Assembly (NCBI RefSeq): GCF_009914755.1
Contig: NC_060940.1
Strand: one strand, 5' to 3'
Origin: the human T2T-CHM13v2.0 reference genome, Homo sapiens
Length of the DNA stretch: 64,000 nt
Part shown: piece by piece, positions 40,461-55,963 of the stretch
How positions within the stretch are numbered: position 1 is the first letter of the stretch
Layout of the letters: every line of letters begins with the position of its first letter
Position numbers and translations under genes: made by a program
The notes under the pieces: generated by a model
The model's input: the letters and a program-made list of their open reading frames with translations, nothing else
What the model was told of the DNA's origin: nothing
Databases searched by the model: none

Positions 40461-42724
40461 ACATTTTTCATGGGAAAGAATTAGGCATTTGGTGATGTTG
40501 ATGCCAGTTTAAGAGTCTCATGCTCTACTGACTGAGCTAGCTGGCCCTCCTCATTGTCCAACTTAAATTGCTTCATCTCTGATGTACAATTTCAGGCATG
40601 GGCTTTGCATGTTATTTGCTTTTCCTTCTGTTTTCATACAGAGGTTGTAAAGCTGGAAATATGAAATCCCTTGAAGACAAAATCAAATCAACAAGAGTTA
40701 CATGGGGTAGCTTTAGAAGCATTAGGCACTTATGTGAAACATAACTGGTCTCCAAAAGCGCACTGCCCTATTTACTCACACAGACTAAACACTGAATATT
40801 TAACAAAGGTGTAATACATTTTCATTGAATTAAGGTTTCTGTTTTTGCTATTTACAGTATGCCAGAGAGGAAGATGCACACTACACAATATGAATAATGC
40901 CCATACCTATAAGGGTCCCAGAAGGAGACAGATGGCATACCTAACAGGTTCATTAAGATGGTTTAAAAAAGGTGTTGATTACAAATGTGTTGGTAGGCTT
41001 CAGAAAGACAAAGAAACATGGAACTGTATCCCAGGACTAGCAAAATGAAGGAATAAAGATCTTAGATTTATGGCAAAAGAGAGAACTTAATGTGAGCAGG
41101 GAGTGAGTAGGTGTGTGGAGAGGACCACGTACCCAGAGCAGCAGCCTTTCACAAAAGGATTTTGCCAAAGTGACTGGTTAAGTGGAAGCTGAATATCTAA
41201 TATCTCAACCTTACTCTCTTCCCTCACTCTAATCTCCTGGCATTCTGAATTACCCAAACTCAGAAGCTAGTGGGTAAGGGTGCCCATGAGGCAGTACATG
41301 CAGTTTAGCTTCTTGGGGGCACGAAACAGGATAGAGAAGGATGAAGAATAGAATTTGGAAGAGCAAATGGAAAATATCCAGTTAATTTTCCTGCTATTGG
41401 GTGGTAAGATATTTAGTGACATAACACACAAGAAGCCATAAGCCCTATACGGTGCTGGGAAGATTCTCAAGCTCCTTTCTCCAGTTTGTATCAATGTAGC
41501 CCCTTGGCACCTATATTACCTATGCTTGCCTAGTAAGTAAGCAGTGCTCAATTAGTCCATTGTGCCCTTTTCTCTAAGAGTCAACTAGTGAGGGGAGGAC
41601 GACATTTAAAATACAGTGAAATAACATAGATCTAACACTCTACCTGAATGAAGCTGGAGTTCTGTGTGACAATTTTCAAGACAGTATCTTAATAGTGGAA
41701 ATGCCTTTATGATATGCCTGTGAGGTTTGACAAAATGATTCTTAAATTTAGGAGGTAAAATTTTCACTTATTGAAACATTTCTATCTCTCTCTATGATGC
41801 CTTTAAGGGGCCTTTTTTTTTTTCTGACCAATGCATGGTATCTTCATTTCACTCATTCTTCCACATGTGATGTGTGATTTTATCAGTGAAAGACATGTGA
41901 TGTGTTTTATCAGTGTAAGACTATAATTTGGTGATCTCTTAGCAGATTAAACAATTTGATGAGAAACCACATATATAATTTCCTTGAATTTAATTAGCCT
42001 GCCTGTACTTAAGTAGAATAACCATGAGGGCCTTTCATTATTTATGAAGCTCTACTAGTGAAGCAGATTGGGATTTTCTGTTCCCTTCATTTTGGGGAAA
42101 ACAAAAGAATAAGAAGCAATGCAGAGTACATGGACTCTGTCCATGCCTCCTCTCAGTACACTCCAGGAGAAGGGCACTATGCAAAGCTTCTCTTATATTT
42201 GCACTATTCTTGTGTGAAGAATTGGAAGGTATCAATCTCAAAAAATATCAAAGTTCATAGAAGGAGATTGACCAGGAGGAGTGGTGGCCATGCTTTGCTT
42301 CTTCATGATTTGGCTGAGATATAGCCTCTATTTCCATAGCTCCTAAAGAATCTGAGAAGAGATTTCAAAATTTCAGTATGCCCCTTTCAAAGGATGGAAT
42401 TTAGCTTACAGAGAAAAGAGAAAAAGTCAAGGTACAAAGAGGTGAATTGTGGGCCACTTTCTTGGGGATAAAAGGGAATATTGTGATTTCTCAGAGAGGT
42501 CACAATAATAAAAGTTGAAAATGAAGTTTAGACAAGATAATCAGGTTATCTAAATCTGTCTGAGGGATTTCTATGTGTTGTTTGGACTGATAAATCATAC
42601 TAGCCATAGTCATACCAGTCATACTAGCCATGGCTAATAGGAATAAATGGAAGCAAACGTAAGACAAACCATGATTAAGACTTTTCTCCCTACCAAGTTC
42701 CCTGGACCTTAGAATCTGAACAGA

Positions 42725-43020
42725 TAGTAGGGAATAGGAAGATACAAGTCAAAGGATACAAAGTAAAAATATGTAGGATGAACACACTGAAAGATCTAAT
42801 GTACAACATGAAGACTACAGTTAATAATAGTGTATTGTATTCAGGATTTTTGCTAAATGAGGAGATCATAGTTGCCCTTGTCATGCCCCCATAAGGAATA
42901 GGGGGCATGAATAACTATGTGAGATAATGGATATGCTAATTTGTTCAATTTTATTGTATATATGTATCTTATCATCTTGTATATCTTAAATACACATATT
43001 ACAATTTATTTTAAAAAACA
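42725..43020 (+). mobile_element. Old L1/HAL1-type 3' end
   Basis: aaggatacaaagt...gatctaatgtacaacatgaagactacagttaataatagtgtattgtat...taactatgtgag. Confidence 0.65.
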
Positions 43021-43256
43021 GATAGTTGTGGGGAGAGGAAAGTTTTGGGGTAGTGTTTTAACTTCAATATAACTGAACTGTAAATCCGAATTGACTAATG
43101 AATAATTGAAGGGTATGGAAGTAAAAAATTCCAAATTTTACCTTGGATAGAGATAAAGTTCTCTCTCATTTGAAAAACTGTAACTTCAGGATAGAAATCC
43201 AACTGAGTTAAAGAAAGAATGCTATTTGTTATTTCACACATGTAAGCTTATAACTG

Positions 43257-43930
43257 CAATAATCCCTCCTTATCCATGAGAAATGGTTTTCAAGACCCCC
43301 ATTTCTGAAACTGTCGATAGCACTGAATTCTATATACACTATGTTTTTTCTTAAACATACTTGTGATAAAATTTAAGTTATAAATTAGGTGCAAGAGATT
43401 AACCATCATAACTAATAATTAAATAGAATTATTATAACTATACAGGGTAATACAAGTTATGAGAATGTGGTCTCTCTCTCAAAATATACTTGTTGTGAAG
43501 ACATGAGATGATAAAATGTCTACAGGATGAGAGGCAGTGAAGTGAATGGCGTAGGCATTTTGATGTACCATTAAGCTACAATTGAGCTTCTGATGCTATG
43601 ACAGATGGAGGATCATCTGCTGGGGGTGATCCTGGATCATCAAGTCATGACAATGGTGATGGCTGAATGTAAGGAACAAACAATATTGATGACTAAGGTT
43701 TGGGTAGGGTATACAGCATCAATATGACGGACAAAGGATGATTCACGTCCCAGGCAGGATGGAGCTGGAACATGCGAGGTTCCAGCCATTAAGCTATTCA
43801 GAACAATCCACAATTTGAAAATTGTGAATTGTTTATTTCTGGAATTTTCCATTTAATATTTTCAGACTACAGTTGGCTGTGGGTAACTAATACCAAGGAA
43901 AGTGAAACCACAGATAATGAGGAACTACTG
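43257..43930. mobile_element. MER44 (Tigger7-derived) DNA transposon
   Basis: Degenerate terminal inverted repeats caataatccctccttatc / gataatgaggaactactg, followed by TA. Confidence 0.8.
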
Positions 43931-44551
43931 TATAATTTATACCCGTTCATATTTTTTTTTCTTCAACTTTTATTTTAAATTTGGGGGTACATGTGCAGGA
44001 TATGCACGTTTGTTACATAAGTAAATGTGTGCCACGGTGGTTTGCTGCACTGATCAATTCATCACCTATGTATTAATCCCAGCATCCATTAATTATTATT
44101 TCTGATGCTCTCTCTCCCCTTAACCTCACCCGTGACAGGCTCCAGTGTGTGTTGTTCCCTCTCTGTGTCTATGTATTCACACTGTTCAGCTCCCACTTAT
44201 AAGTGAGAACATGCAGTGTGTGATTTCTTGTTCCTGAATTAGTTTGCTGAGGATAATGGCTTTCAGCTCCATCTATGTCCCTGCAAAGGACATGAACTCG
44301 TTCCTTTTTATAGCTGCATAGTATTCCATGGTGTGTATATATGTATATATACCACATTTTCTTTATCCAGTCTATCATTGATGGGAATTTGGGTTGATTT
44401 CACGCTTTAGCTATTGTGAATAGTGCTGCAATGAACATATGCATACAATACGTGCAGGTATCTTTATAATAGAATGATTCATATTCCTTTGGGTATATAC
44501 CCAGTAATGAGATTGCTGGGTCACATGGTGTTCCTGCTTCTAGATCTTTGA

Positions 44552-45091
<540 letters not shown>

Positions 45092-45661
45092 TGAGAAATG
45101 TCTGTTTATGTCCTTTGCCCACTTTTTAATGGGGTTGTTTTTTTCTTGTAAATTTGTTTAAGTTTCTTATAGACTCTGGATATTACACCTTTGTCAGATG
45201 GATAGATTGCAAAAATTTTCTTCCATTCTGTAGGTTGTCTGTTCACTCTGATGATAGTTTCTTTTGCTGTGCAAAAGCTCTTTAATTACATCCCATTTGT
45301 CAATTTTTGCTTTTGTTGCAATTGCTTTTGGTGTTTTCATCATGAAATTTTTGCCCGTGCCTATGTCCTGAATGGTATTGCCTAGATTTTCTTCTAGGGT
45401 TTTTATTGTTTGGGGTTTTACACTTAAGTCTTTAATCCATTGTTAGTTAATTTTTGAAAAGGTATAAAGAAGGGCTTCAGTTTCAATTTTCTGCATATGG
45501 CTAGCCAGTTCTCCCAGAGCCATTTATTAAATAGGGATTCCTTTCCATATTGCTTGTTTTTCTCAGGTTTGTCAAATATCAGATGGTCGTAGGTATGTAG
45601 GCTTACTTCTGAGTTCTCTATTCTGTTCCATTGGTCTATGTGTCTGTTTTTGTATCAGTAC

Positions 45662-46026
45662 TGATATGGTTTAGCTGCACTCCCACTCAAATCCCATCTT
45701 GAATTGTAGCTCCCATAATTTCCATCATGGTGGTGGAAAAGACCCAGTGGAAGATAACTGAATTGTGGGGTCAAGTCTTTACTGTGCTGTTCTCATGATA
45801 GTGAATAAGTCTCATGAGATCTGATGGTTTTATAAAGGGGAGTTCCCCTACAAAAGCTCTCTTGCCTGCCACTATGTAAGACAGGACTTTGGTCCTCATT
45901 CCCCTTCAGTCAGGATTGTGAGGTCTCCCCAGGCATGTAAAACTGCGAGTCAATTAAACCTCTTCCTTTATAAATTATCCAGTCTTGGGTATCTCTTTAT
46001 TAGCAGCGTGAGAACAGACTAATACA
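45662..46026 (+). mobile_element. THE1 (B/C-like) solo LTR nested in L1
   Basis: tgatatggtttagctg...gaacagactaataca; TSD agtac/agtaa. Confidence 0.9.
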
Positions 46027-46866
46027 AGTAACATGCTGTTTTGGTTACTGTAGCCTTATAGTATAGTTTGAAGTTGGGTAGCATGATGTCTCCAGCTTTG
46101 TTCTTTTTGCTTAGTATTGTCTTGACTATATGGGCTCCTTTTTGGTTCCATATGAATTTTAACATAGTTTTTTTTTTCTAATTCTGTGCAGAATGTCAAT
46201 GGTAGTTTAATGGGAATAGCATGGAATTGATAAATTACTTTGGGCAGTATGGCCATTTTCATGATGTTGATTCTTCCTATCCATAAGCATGGAATGTTTT
46301 TCCATTTATGTCCTCTCTGATTTCCTTGAGCAGTGGTTTGTAGTTCTCCCTGCAGAGATCCTTCACTTCCCTTTTTAGCTCTATTCCTAGGTATTTTATT
46401 CTCTTTGTAGCAATTGTGAATGGGAGTTTATTCATGATTTGGCACTCTGCATACCTTTTGGTGTGTAGGAATACTAGAGATTTTTGCACATTGATTTTGT
46501 ATCCTAAGACTTTGCTGAAGTTGCTTATCAGCTTAAGAAGCTTTTGGACTGAGACAATGGGGTTTTCTAGAAGTAGGATCACGTCATCTGCAAACAAAGA
46601 TAATTTGGCTTCCTCTCTCCCTATAGGAATGCCTTTTATTTCTTTCTGTTGCCTGATTGCCCTGGACAGAACATCCACTACCATGCTGAATAGGAGTGGT
46701 GAGAGAGGGCATCCTTGTCTCATGCTGGTTTTCAAAGGGAATGCTTCTAGCTTTTGCCCATTCAGTATTACATTGGCTGTGGGTTTGTCATAAATGGCTC
46801 TTATTATTTTGAGGTAGATTTCTTTAATACCTACTTTACTGAGAGTTTATAATATGAAGGGATGTT

Positions 46867-47204
<338 letters not shown>

Positions 47205-49254
47205 CTATTGAGATAATCATGTAGTCTTTGTCTTAGTTGTGTTTATGTGATGAATTACATTTATTAATTTGCATAGGTTGAACCAGCCTTGCATCCTAGG
47301 AATGAAGCCAACTTGATTGTGGTGGAGAAGCTTTTCAATGCCATTCACATGTTGGATTCATCCTTTGAGTGCAGAGAACAGTTATGATGGTCAATAAGTT
47401 ATAGTGTGTTTTCTTGCTAAAATTTTATTTTCTGAGCTTTTCTATTCATTACAGAACGTAATTACAGTGTTATACATACTGCTACCCCAGGGTGAGATCT
47501 CTTTTCAACTCCTGTGCTAGCACGTTCTATTCTTGCCAAAATTAGAAGATCACAATTAGCTCCCAATCATGGTAGAATACAAACGATTAAAAATAGTTCA
47601 AATTTGTATGAAGGACATTGGGATTATGTACAGAGATGAAGGGACAGTACCTTCACAAAAAGATAGAAAAGCCATTTCCACATTGAAAACTAATTAAGGA
47701 CAGAGAATTCTTCCCTCTTAAAAGAAATCAGTTTTTCCAAATTACAATTGATTTAAAGAAACAGCAGAAAATACTACTAATTAAACTATGAAATTTTAGA
47801 CAGTTTGCAACCAATCTAGGAATAAGAATTATAATTTGAAAAACAGAGTATCCGATGAACTAGCGACAGATCAGATGGAATTATGGCACAGACAACTGAG
47901 AAACTGAGAAGCAGGGGTCCAAGGATGACTCAAAATAAAAAGGAACACAGACCAGACTAGAATGGAGGGACTTCTTTGAACCGTATCTTATATTTACCCA
48001 GTTATTTGGTGAAGCGAAAACCAATTTTTATGGTGTAGAATTTTACTAAATACACATTATAATACATCTCCTACCATAGCATGGATGCAGCCATTTATAC
48101 ATTCTTTTCATAAAGTCCTAATATAGAAACTGGTCACATATATATCAATATTTGTCTTGGAGAGGAAACTGTAAATTCTAAGTGTTTAACCCTTTTCATG
48201 ATTTATTTCTGAAGAAACTGACTCTGAGTTCTTTTGAAAAAATGTTTTTGTTTTTGACATGCCTATTAATTTACAATCACTTCTTCTCTGTTAGACATAT
48301 CTCATTGGATTATGAAAAACATGAGGTAGGTAATTTCTGCAGTGTCTTGGCTTGAAATGGTACAGAGTCTTCTTCACATTCAGTGATAACACATCATCCA
48401 AATAAAATTCTTTCTCTTAGAAAAATGTATAACAAAAGCACTCAGAGAAGATGGATTACTTCAATCTATTGTTGAAAATAATATTGAGCTATATTAAAAT
48501 GTCTATACATGAGGTCTGCTGGTCACCTTAGTCTCAGTAGTGTTCCCGTAGTAACTGTATGACTAGGAAATGACGTTACACAACACTTCAGATTTGCTGT
48601 GTACAATTACAATTCATCCCTACTGGGGCATGTCTTTCCCTTGCTATGCGGAAGAGGTATACACTGGTAGATGTCTGGATTAGATGGAGGCTGTTTGATT
48701 ATCAATTTCTAATCCTGATGACTATAGAACGAAAATAAGGTAAGAAGCCTACTTTACAGAATACTGAGTAAGCAGGGCATAAACTACACATTTACACAAG
48801 GCACTGTTTCAGCCAATATAAATACAACATGATGCAACTGCAGGAATGATTAGGACAACACAATACAAGAATCAACAATGTAGATTCGAGGGGAACTACA
48901 ACCAAATACACGCTGCGACTTGGACTCTAGCTTCCTATTTTATTCCCCAGCCATTTTCTCTTCTTGTTTACCTCCCCTCTAAATCCTATTATTTTTCCCA
49001 TCCCCTCCCCTAATGTCTTATGCCTTTCTAATGCAGATGAATTTACCTTTTTTCTTTTTCATTTTGGCAGGCCTTGGTTATTGCAGTTCTATGTCCCCAC
49101 ACTGACATTCACCTCTCACATGACTTATCAGATAATGTTCCCACATAAGAATTAGTCCCTTCCTAGAAAAATTCTCATGATAGATATTGAAAAGACATAA
49201 AAGAAAACTTAATTGTATATATGGTATATATGGAGAGATATACCATGTTCATAA

Positions 49255-49325
49255 TATGTGTGTGTATATATGTATATGATATATATGTGTGTGTGTGCGT
49301 GTGTGTGTGTATGTATGTATGTATC
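49255..49325. repeat. Compound (TG)/(TA)/(TATG) microsatellite
   Basis: Direct inspection. Confidence 0.9.
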
Positions 49326-52300
49326 TCCAATGGGTTACTTCCTTTTGAAGATTAGAAGTTTTAGGAGGAAGTAATATTTCAGAGGTCTTTTTACAATAAA
49401 GTGTATAAGGGCATGTTGATATCTTAACCTAGAACATGTCTAGTATGGAGGAAACAATGTTAAAAGCAATGAAGTGGCCAAGAAATACAGGAAAGCACAG
49501 GAAAATATGACATTTAAGCAAGACTTCTTGGAAAATAGTAAGAATGAGGTTGGCAATATAATGTAGGGTAAAATTAGCATAGGTAGTGAATGCCAGGTGC
49601 AACATTTCATGGATGATAGGGAAGAAAATGGAAGGTGAGTTTTACCTATAATACTATGATAATACACGCAAGTTCAGGAAAAGAGCAAAGAAAGAGCTAA
49701 TGGGGAAAAGATATTAACTTATATTCGCCATTTTCTTTTTGGTGATCTCCTTCCATCTCTTCTGATTTATTTTGTAAACAGCATGAGGATTTTGCTATAT
49801 CTGCTTACATTGTACAACTAAAAGCAATTCTAATGCTATCATATTACTTTGTTTTTTTTAATTCACTAATACATTTATACTTAAAAGGCCCTACACATGG
49901 AATTTGTCAAGGTACAAAGCCTCAAATATAATGTAATATAATCCTCTATAAATTGAGTATGTTCCTCAAGTAGAGCTTATAAGTGTTATTTTTATCAAAA
50001 ATTTTAATTGAAATTTGAAACTCAGACTGTATTTGGTTTTTGTACTTCTATTATACCTTCCATTTGGCTTCAAATTAAATGTGTTTTTGTCAGCTTACTT
50101 CATTTGAAAAACTCTGTGCAGGTAATTCTTAATATTAAAAAAACTTCTTGAGAAGTTTAATCAGCAAATGGATTGTGCTTGGAAAAGAAAATAACTTATA
50201 TTTTAAAAAGAATAAATTAGAAATATAATGTTTGATATAATTTTATTTACCTACAGAATGTATCACTATTTGACATCTATATCACATTAAAACAAAGTAT
50301 ATTATTGTTCTCTGAACTGTTGGATTTTTCAGACTTTATGTCTTAAATAATACTTTATAAATTTAAATATATTAATCTTTAAATCTTTATGCTTTTTATA
50401 TATTCTTATAACTTGTCAGTAATCTTTCACTTAAGAAATATTTTAAAATATTTTGGTTTTCACATTTGTATTTTATATTACTTATCTAATTAAGGAGATT
50501 CAAGGAAAAATCAAATACAATGTTTCTTCTGTAGTAGTTTAATATTTTGCAGGGAGAGTATAAGTGTTCTATATTCAAATTAAATTCTAGTGCATTGTTT
50601 GGTGTGTTCTTTTTCATTTATCTAGAATACAATATTGGTTATCAAATTGTGCTTGCAGAGATAAAGCTATCTTTATTAAATATCAAAGTATTCAAAATGG
50701 CTGATTGCTTTCTGGGCAATTGCATTTTCTTTGGGGTTTCAAAATATTTTTTTAGATTGGATTTGTGTCTCTGTTAAACAATAACTACAGATAGTAATGT
50801 TTTCATTTATTTGTGAAATAGAACTTTCTTAGAGTTTATTGTTTGGCTATTATGTAAGAAAAAAAAGCTTTTTTTTTTTTTTTTCCCAACTGCCGGCTTC
50901 ATGTTTAAATAGTAAACTTTATTTAGATTTAAACCTACAAATGTTTTCTATAGTGATATAATAATTCTGAATATAAAGTATTTGTTACAGTTGGCTAAAT
51001 AGGTCATGTTCTTGCCAGCCTGAAAGATGTTTTAATTGATTGATATGTTTTTGTATACTAACTGATAAAGATAACAGTGCCCTTAAGGAGAACATTGTAG
51101 CAGAAAAGACAGAAAATCATAACAAGATGAGACAAATGCTGTAACACATTTATATACACCTAATATAGGACCATTGGCAGGTTTTATTTAGTTCTATTCT
51201 TTTTCTAGAGCTGTAAATGTAGGATCTTTTATCTTCAGTAGAGAAAGAGCTGGAAGACAGTACCTATTGGTGTTCCATGAACAAAGTTGAAGAACACAGA
51301 CAGACAGGGAACCTAGTAGATGTGGCCCACAGGGTTCAGCATTCAAAGACATACAAAGATGGAAATGAAGAACATCCATCTGGAGGGCTAGATGAAAGAT
51401 ACTTAGCATTGCAAATACCTCCAAATACTTTTACTTATTTAAGTTTGCCGTACTTACGTGTGAATGTTTACTTCTATATAAAATTTAAAATCTATGTATG
51501 CAAGTTTTCTCAAAAGTTGTGATAGCTCTCTTAATTGGAATTGCATTAAATTTATAATTAACTTTGAGTTAATTAAAACCTTATTTTAAGTTGAACCATT
51601 AATGAACATGGTATATCTCTCTGTATCTTTGTTTTCTTTTATGTTCTTTAAGTAATTTCAAAAATTATGTCCATGTAAATCATGTATTCACTGTAATATA
51701 AATTCCTAGCTAATGTTTTATATTTGTGAAGTCTTCATATACTTCTCTCTTTTCCTTAATTGTTTATGGTTCCTTGGAGTTATTCTCTATCTTGCTATAA
51801 TGTTATCAATCTCTTCTTTTGAGCTTGATGCAAGAGCTCAGCCCAAATTTCAACCAATTAACATTTGCTTTGCCTTCTTCTGAAAGATCGTTAACTTCAA
51901 AAAAGCTACGACCATAACCATGTTTCAAAAGCCACTTTCTCAGGTTTTTTCTTAGTTAATTTTCTATTCATGTTCTGAGGCTTGAAGGGTCTATAGATAA
52001 AACGTGAAATGCTTTCCTTAATCTGTAGTTAGTAAGTGCCTTCCTTAGCTGAGCTCCATAACTGCTATGGTATTAATACCAGATATCCTAATATAACTAG
52101 AGCTGCTGTTTTCTTTCTGAATCATGTAATAAAGGCTGCTATCTTTTCCTCTAGGCAACTTTCCACTATACACACACATACACACATATGAACACATTGA
52201 AAGTGAGCTTCTCTCTATATCCTTAATCCATTTCTTAAATTCTGTATCAAGTTGTGAAATAAATATATAAATTTATTGCTTCAAAAGAATATCTAAACTG

Positions 52301-55300
52301 GTATTGCCATGGGAAGCGAAGGAGGCAGTAATCCATACTAGTTTGTCATCCTGCCAGATGAATATTTATGTATTTCTCGAGGATGCTGTGTTCTAAGAAG
52401 TAAAATATTCACTTCACATGCCAGTGTTTGAGCAAAATATCAAAGTAGGCTCAGTTTGCCTAAATGCCCAGATGAAAAAATACAAATACAGAAGTAGAGT
52501 GAAAAAAAAAAAAAAGCTCATCAAGAAGAGTGTCCCAGAAACAGTAATTTGGGTAATATGAGCCTAATTATGCACCACCTCTTCCAAATCTGCCTCTAGC
52601 CTCCCCACAAGCAAACATATGCATATACCAAAGTACTAATGAGATTGTAAGCTTGCTTCTCAGGAGAGTACTTCAAGTTTAACCCTGTTGACGTAGTAAT
52701 GGGATCAAGCTTACTTTCTTAACTGAGTACTCTTTGACTTTGCACTAATTAGTTCTTCACATATTCTAGTAAACTCTAAAAGCTTCCGTTAAGGTATCTC
52801 AAATATTCTCATAAGTAGTGTATTTTAACAATTTTATCTCATCAATGCTCTGTTTATGGACGCATTTGATAAGTCATAGATTTTGTTCTTGAACCTGTTT
52901 TCCAATTCTCTTTTTCTTAATATAATACTCACTGTATGACCTTGGGTAATGCATCATTGTTATAATTGAAAAATGATGATAATTTTCTCCCTAATAAGTT
53001 CATGTATGTAAGATTCACTGGCCGTGAGTTAACACTCAGTACGTAGTAGCTTTTTAAAAAAATTCCTTCTATTGTCTTCTGAATTCTAGCATAACATGCC
53101 TCAATAATATGCATCACTAGTAGAAAGATATAGTTGTTTTGCTATAGTTATAGTCAAGATAATTATAGTCCAGATATAGTTGTTTTGTTAATATATGTCA
53201 TTTCCACATATACAAGGAAAAGCACACACTAACCAAGCCACTGCAAACTATATGTGAGTGGTGCTCATGAGTAGCCATTCATTTTTTAGAATACTGTTTA
53301 TATGGCATGCTTAGTAGTGATAACTCTAGCCCACCCACACAACCTGCTTGGCTGCTGCATGTCTGGGACAAACTAAATCCTTACTGTCTCTCATTATCAT
53401 GAGTATTGCAAAAATTCTTCCATGTTTTATATTTTTGTTTTTCAACCATGAAAAACACTGCTTTTAAACCAGCAAAGCACTGTTTAGGGCTTTGCTGGAG
53501 AGAGCTCGACGTGTTTCAATACATATCGGACTCATAAAGATGTCATCTACATTTAGCCTTATAATTCTGTGATTAATTTTATATCCCAGTTTTGCTTATG
53601 GATGACAAATATCAAAGACAATTTAAAGGTTCAACATGAAGCAAATGATTGAAAAATACATATGAACACAATTCAATATAAGGGTAGCAACAAAGAAATA
53701 AAGGAAGTTATTATGCAATGTTACATAAAAAAATTCAAATTCAAAATTTCAAATTGTAAGAACACTGTCATTGAAATTAGTCAGGCAAAGGCTAAAAGGG
53801 TATATGAAGAAATAAATAATCATTTCATCAGAATTAGGTTATATTAGTGGATGTGCAGTGAATTTAATTTGCATTATTTTTCAAAATACCTGCATATCAT
53901 TAAGTGAAATTACCTAAGAAATCAACAAATTGCTAACCCATTCTATGAATTAGTATTACTCAAAATGTTTCTGTCTTATGGTCAAGATTTTGAAAATATG
54001 GCATTTATTTCTGATATGTTAATTTTACTCAAATAATAGTTGAGGCCTTAAATAATTCTAACACTACATAAATATAATTGTATGTTATGGTGGAAAATGA
54101 AAGTTACATACTTCAAGATAAAAGATATGTTAGAATATTTATTTTTGCTGTGAGCTAATTTACTCTGACAGGAAACTCTTCCTTCAATACATTAATTTGC
54201 TCTCTTCCACTGTAGGGATATTTTGATAAAAATATTATTGAGAAGTTCTGCTTCCTACTTCATGAAATTTAAGGTCTAATCAGAGGAAAAATTCAGAGCT
54301 GATCAATTGTATCTTAACAATCTGTTTCTAAATTAAGGCAAAGTCTTAAATCAAAGCATGAATATACAGTGTATAAATGTATATATATATGTGTATATAT
54401 ATAGGTAGATTATGTATAGCATACACAATCTAATAATTATACATACATATATACAAATATACAGCATACATAATCTAATCGTTCTAAATCAAGTTTCTTT
54501 TTCTAGCTGAGGTCTTATATATCCTCTTCTATTTCACCATGCACCCTGTGACCCAAACCGAAATGCTCATCTTGTTCCAACCCCAGATAAAAAAATAGGT
54601 GACTAAATTATTTTAAGTCGACCTCACTAGGGTTTCAAACGTATCCCACACTTTTGATCACAATGGCTGTTATTGGTATCATGGACCTCTTTGCCTATTA
54701 AAGGATCTTCCAAGACAGCCTTTTAACTGGTCTCTCAGCTTTTTGTTTCTCCTATCTAATCTGCTGATACTGCCACTCAGATCATCTGGCCCCTTGAACT
54801 GTGTTACATATAGCAGAACCAGATAGAAATAAGATACCTCAAAACACAATTATTTGACTTTCTATTATATAGGACAATGTTATATAGGACAAATTGATTT
54901 CTAAAGGAAGATTAAACCTACACTTAATAATGAGAATACCAGAATAGTGACATGTATATTTATATGAAATATCAAGTTTCTATTTTGTTTATTAAAAAGT
55001 ATCTGAAATGTACTGCTGATATGGGGGTGAAAGAAATATCTGATAGAACATATTTCTTTAAAAAAAGTTGAAATATTTAAAAGTTTGTCTAGGGAAATAG
55101 TGCCCATTATGATCAGATCTTTTTTGATATCTTTCACATTATAATTGACTTGTGAGGGCTTGTTTGAGTTTGAATATTTACTACTGTTTTATTTTTTTAA
55201 GTAATAATTTAATTATTTTTAGCATTTTCACTATTACTACTGAGTTGTCTTAAAGATTGTATAAGCATTTTCTGTTTAGTTTTCATGTTAATCCATAATA

Positions 55301-55611
55301 GTAATTATTATTTCCATTTGATTGAAAACAGAATTAAGCCTAAAATGATTATGCAACTAACCCAAGGATTCAGTGCTAGAAAGTAGAGAAATAGGAAATC
55401 AAATAGGGTTTTCTCTGATTCTAAAGTATATTTTATTAAGACCTACATTACACTGCCTCTCAGCTCTTTTCCATGTTCCTTAATATTAAATCAGAGTCGG
55501 TTTTACAGTCATAACTTATATAGGTCTTTCTCTCTTAATATTTCATGTCAAACATGAAAAATAAGTTTTAGGACTCTTTATCTAATTTTGCACATAAAAA
55601 AAGTTGCTCTA

Positions 55612-55963
<352 letters not shown>

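Noticed and set aside
53469-53498. 10-bp-arm hairpin CCAGCAAAGC...GCTTTGCTGG
   Set aside because: About one such hairpin is expected by chance in a window this size.
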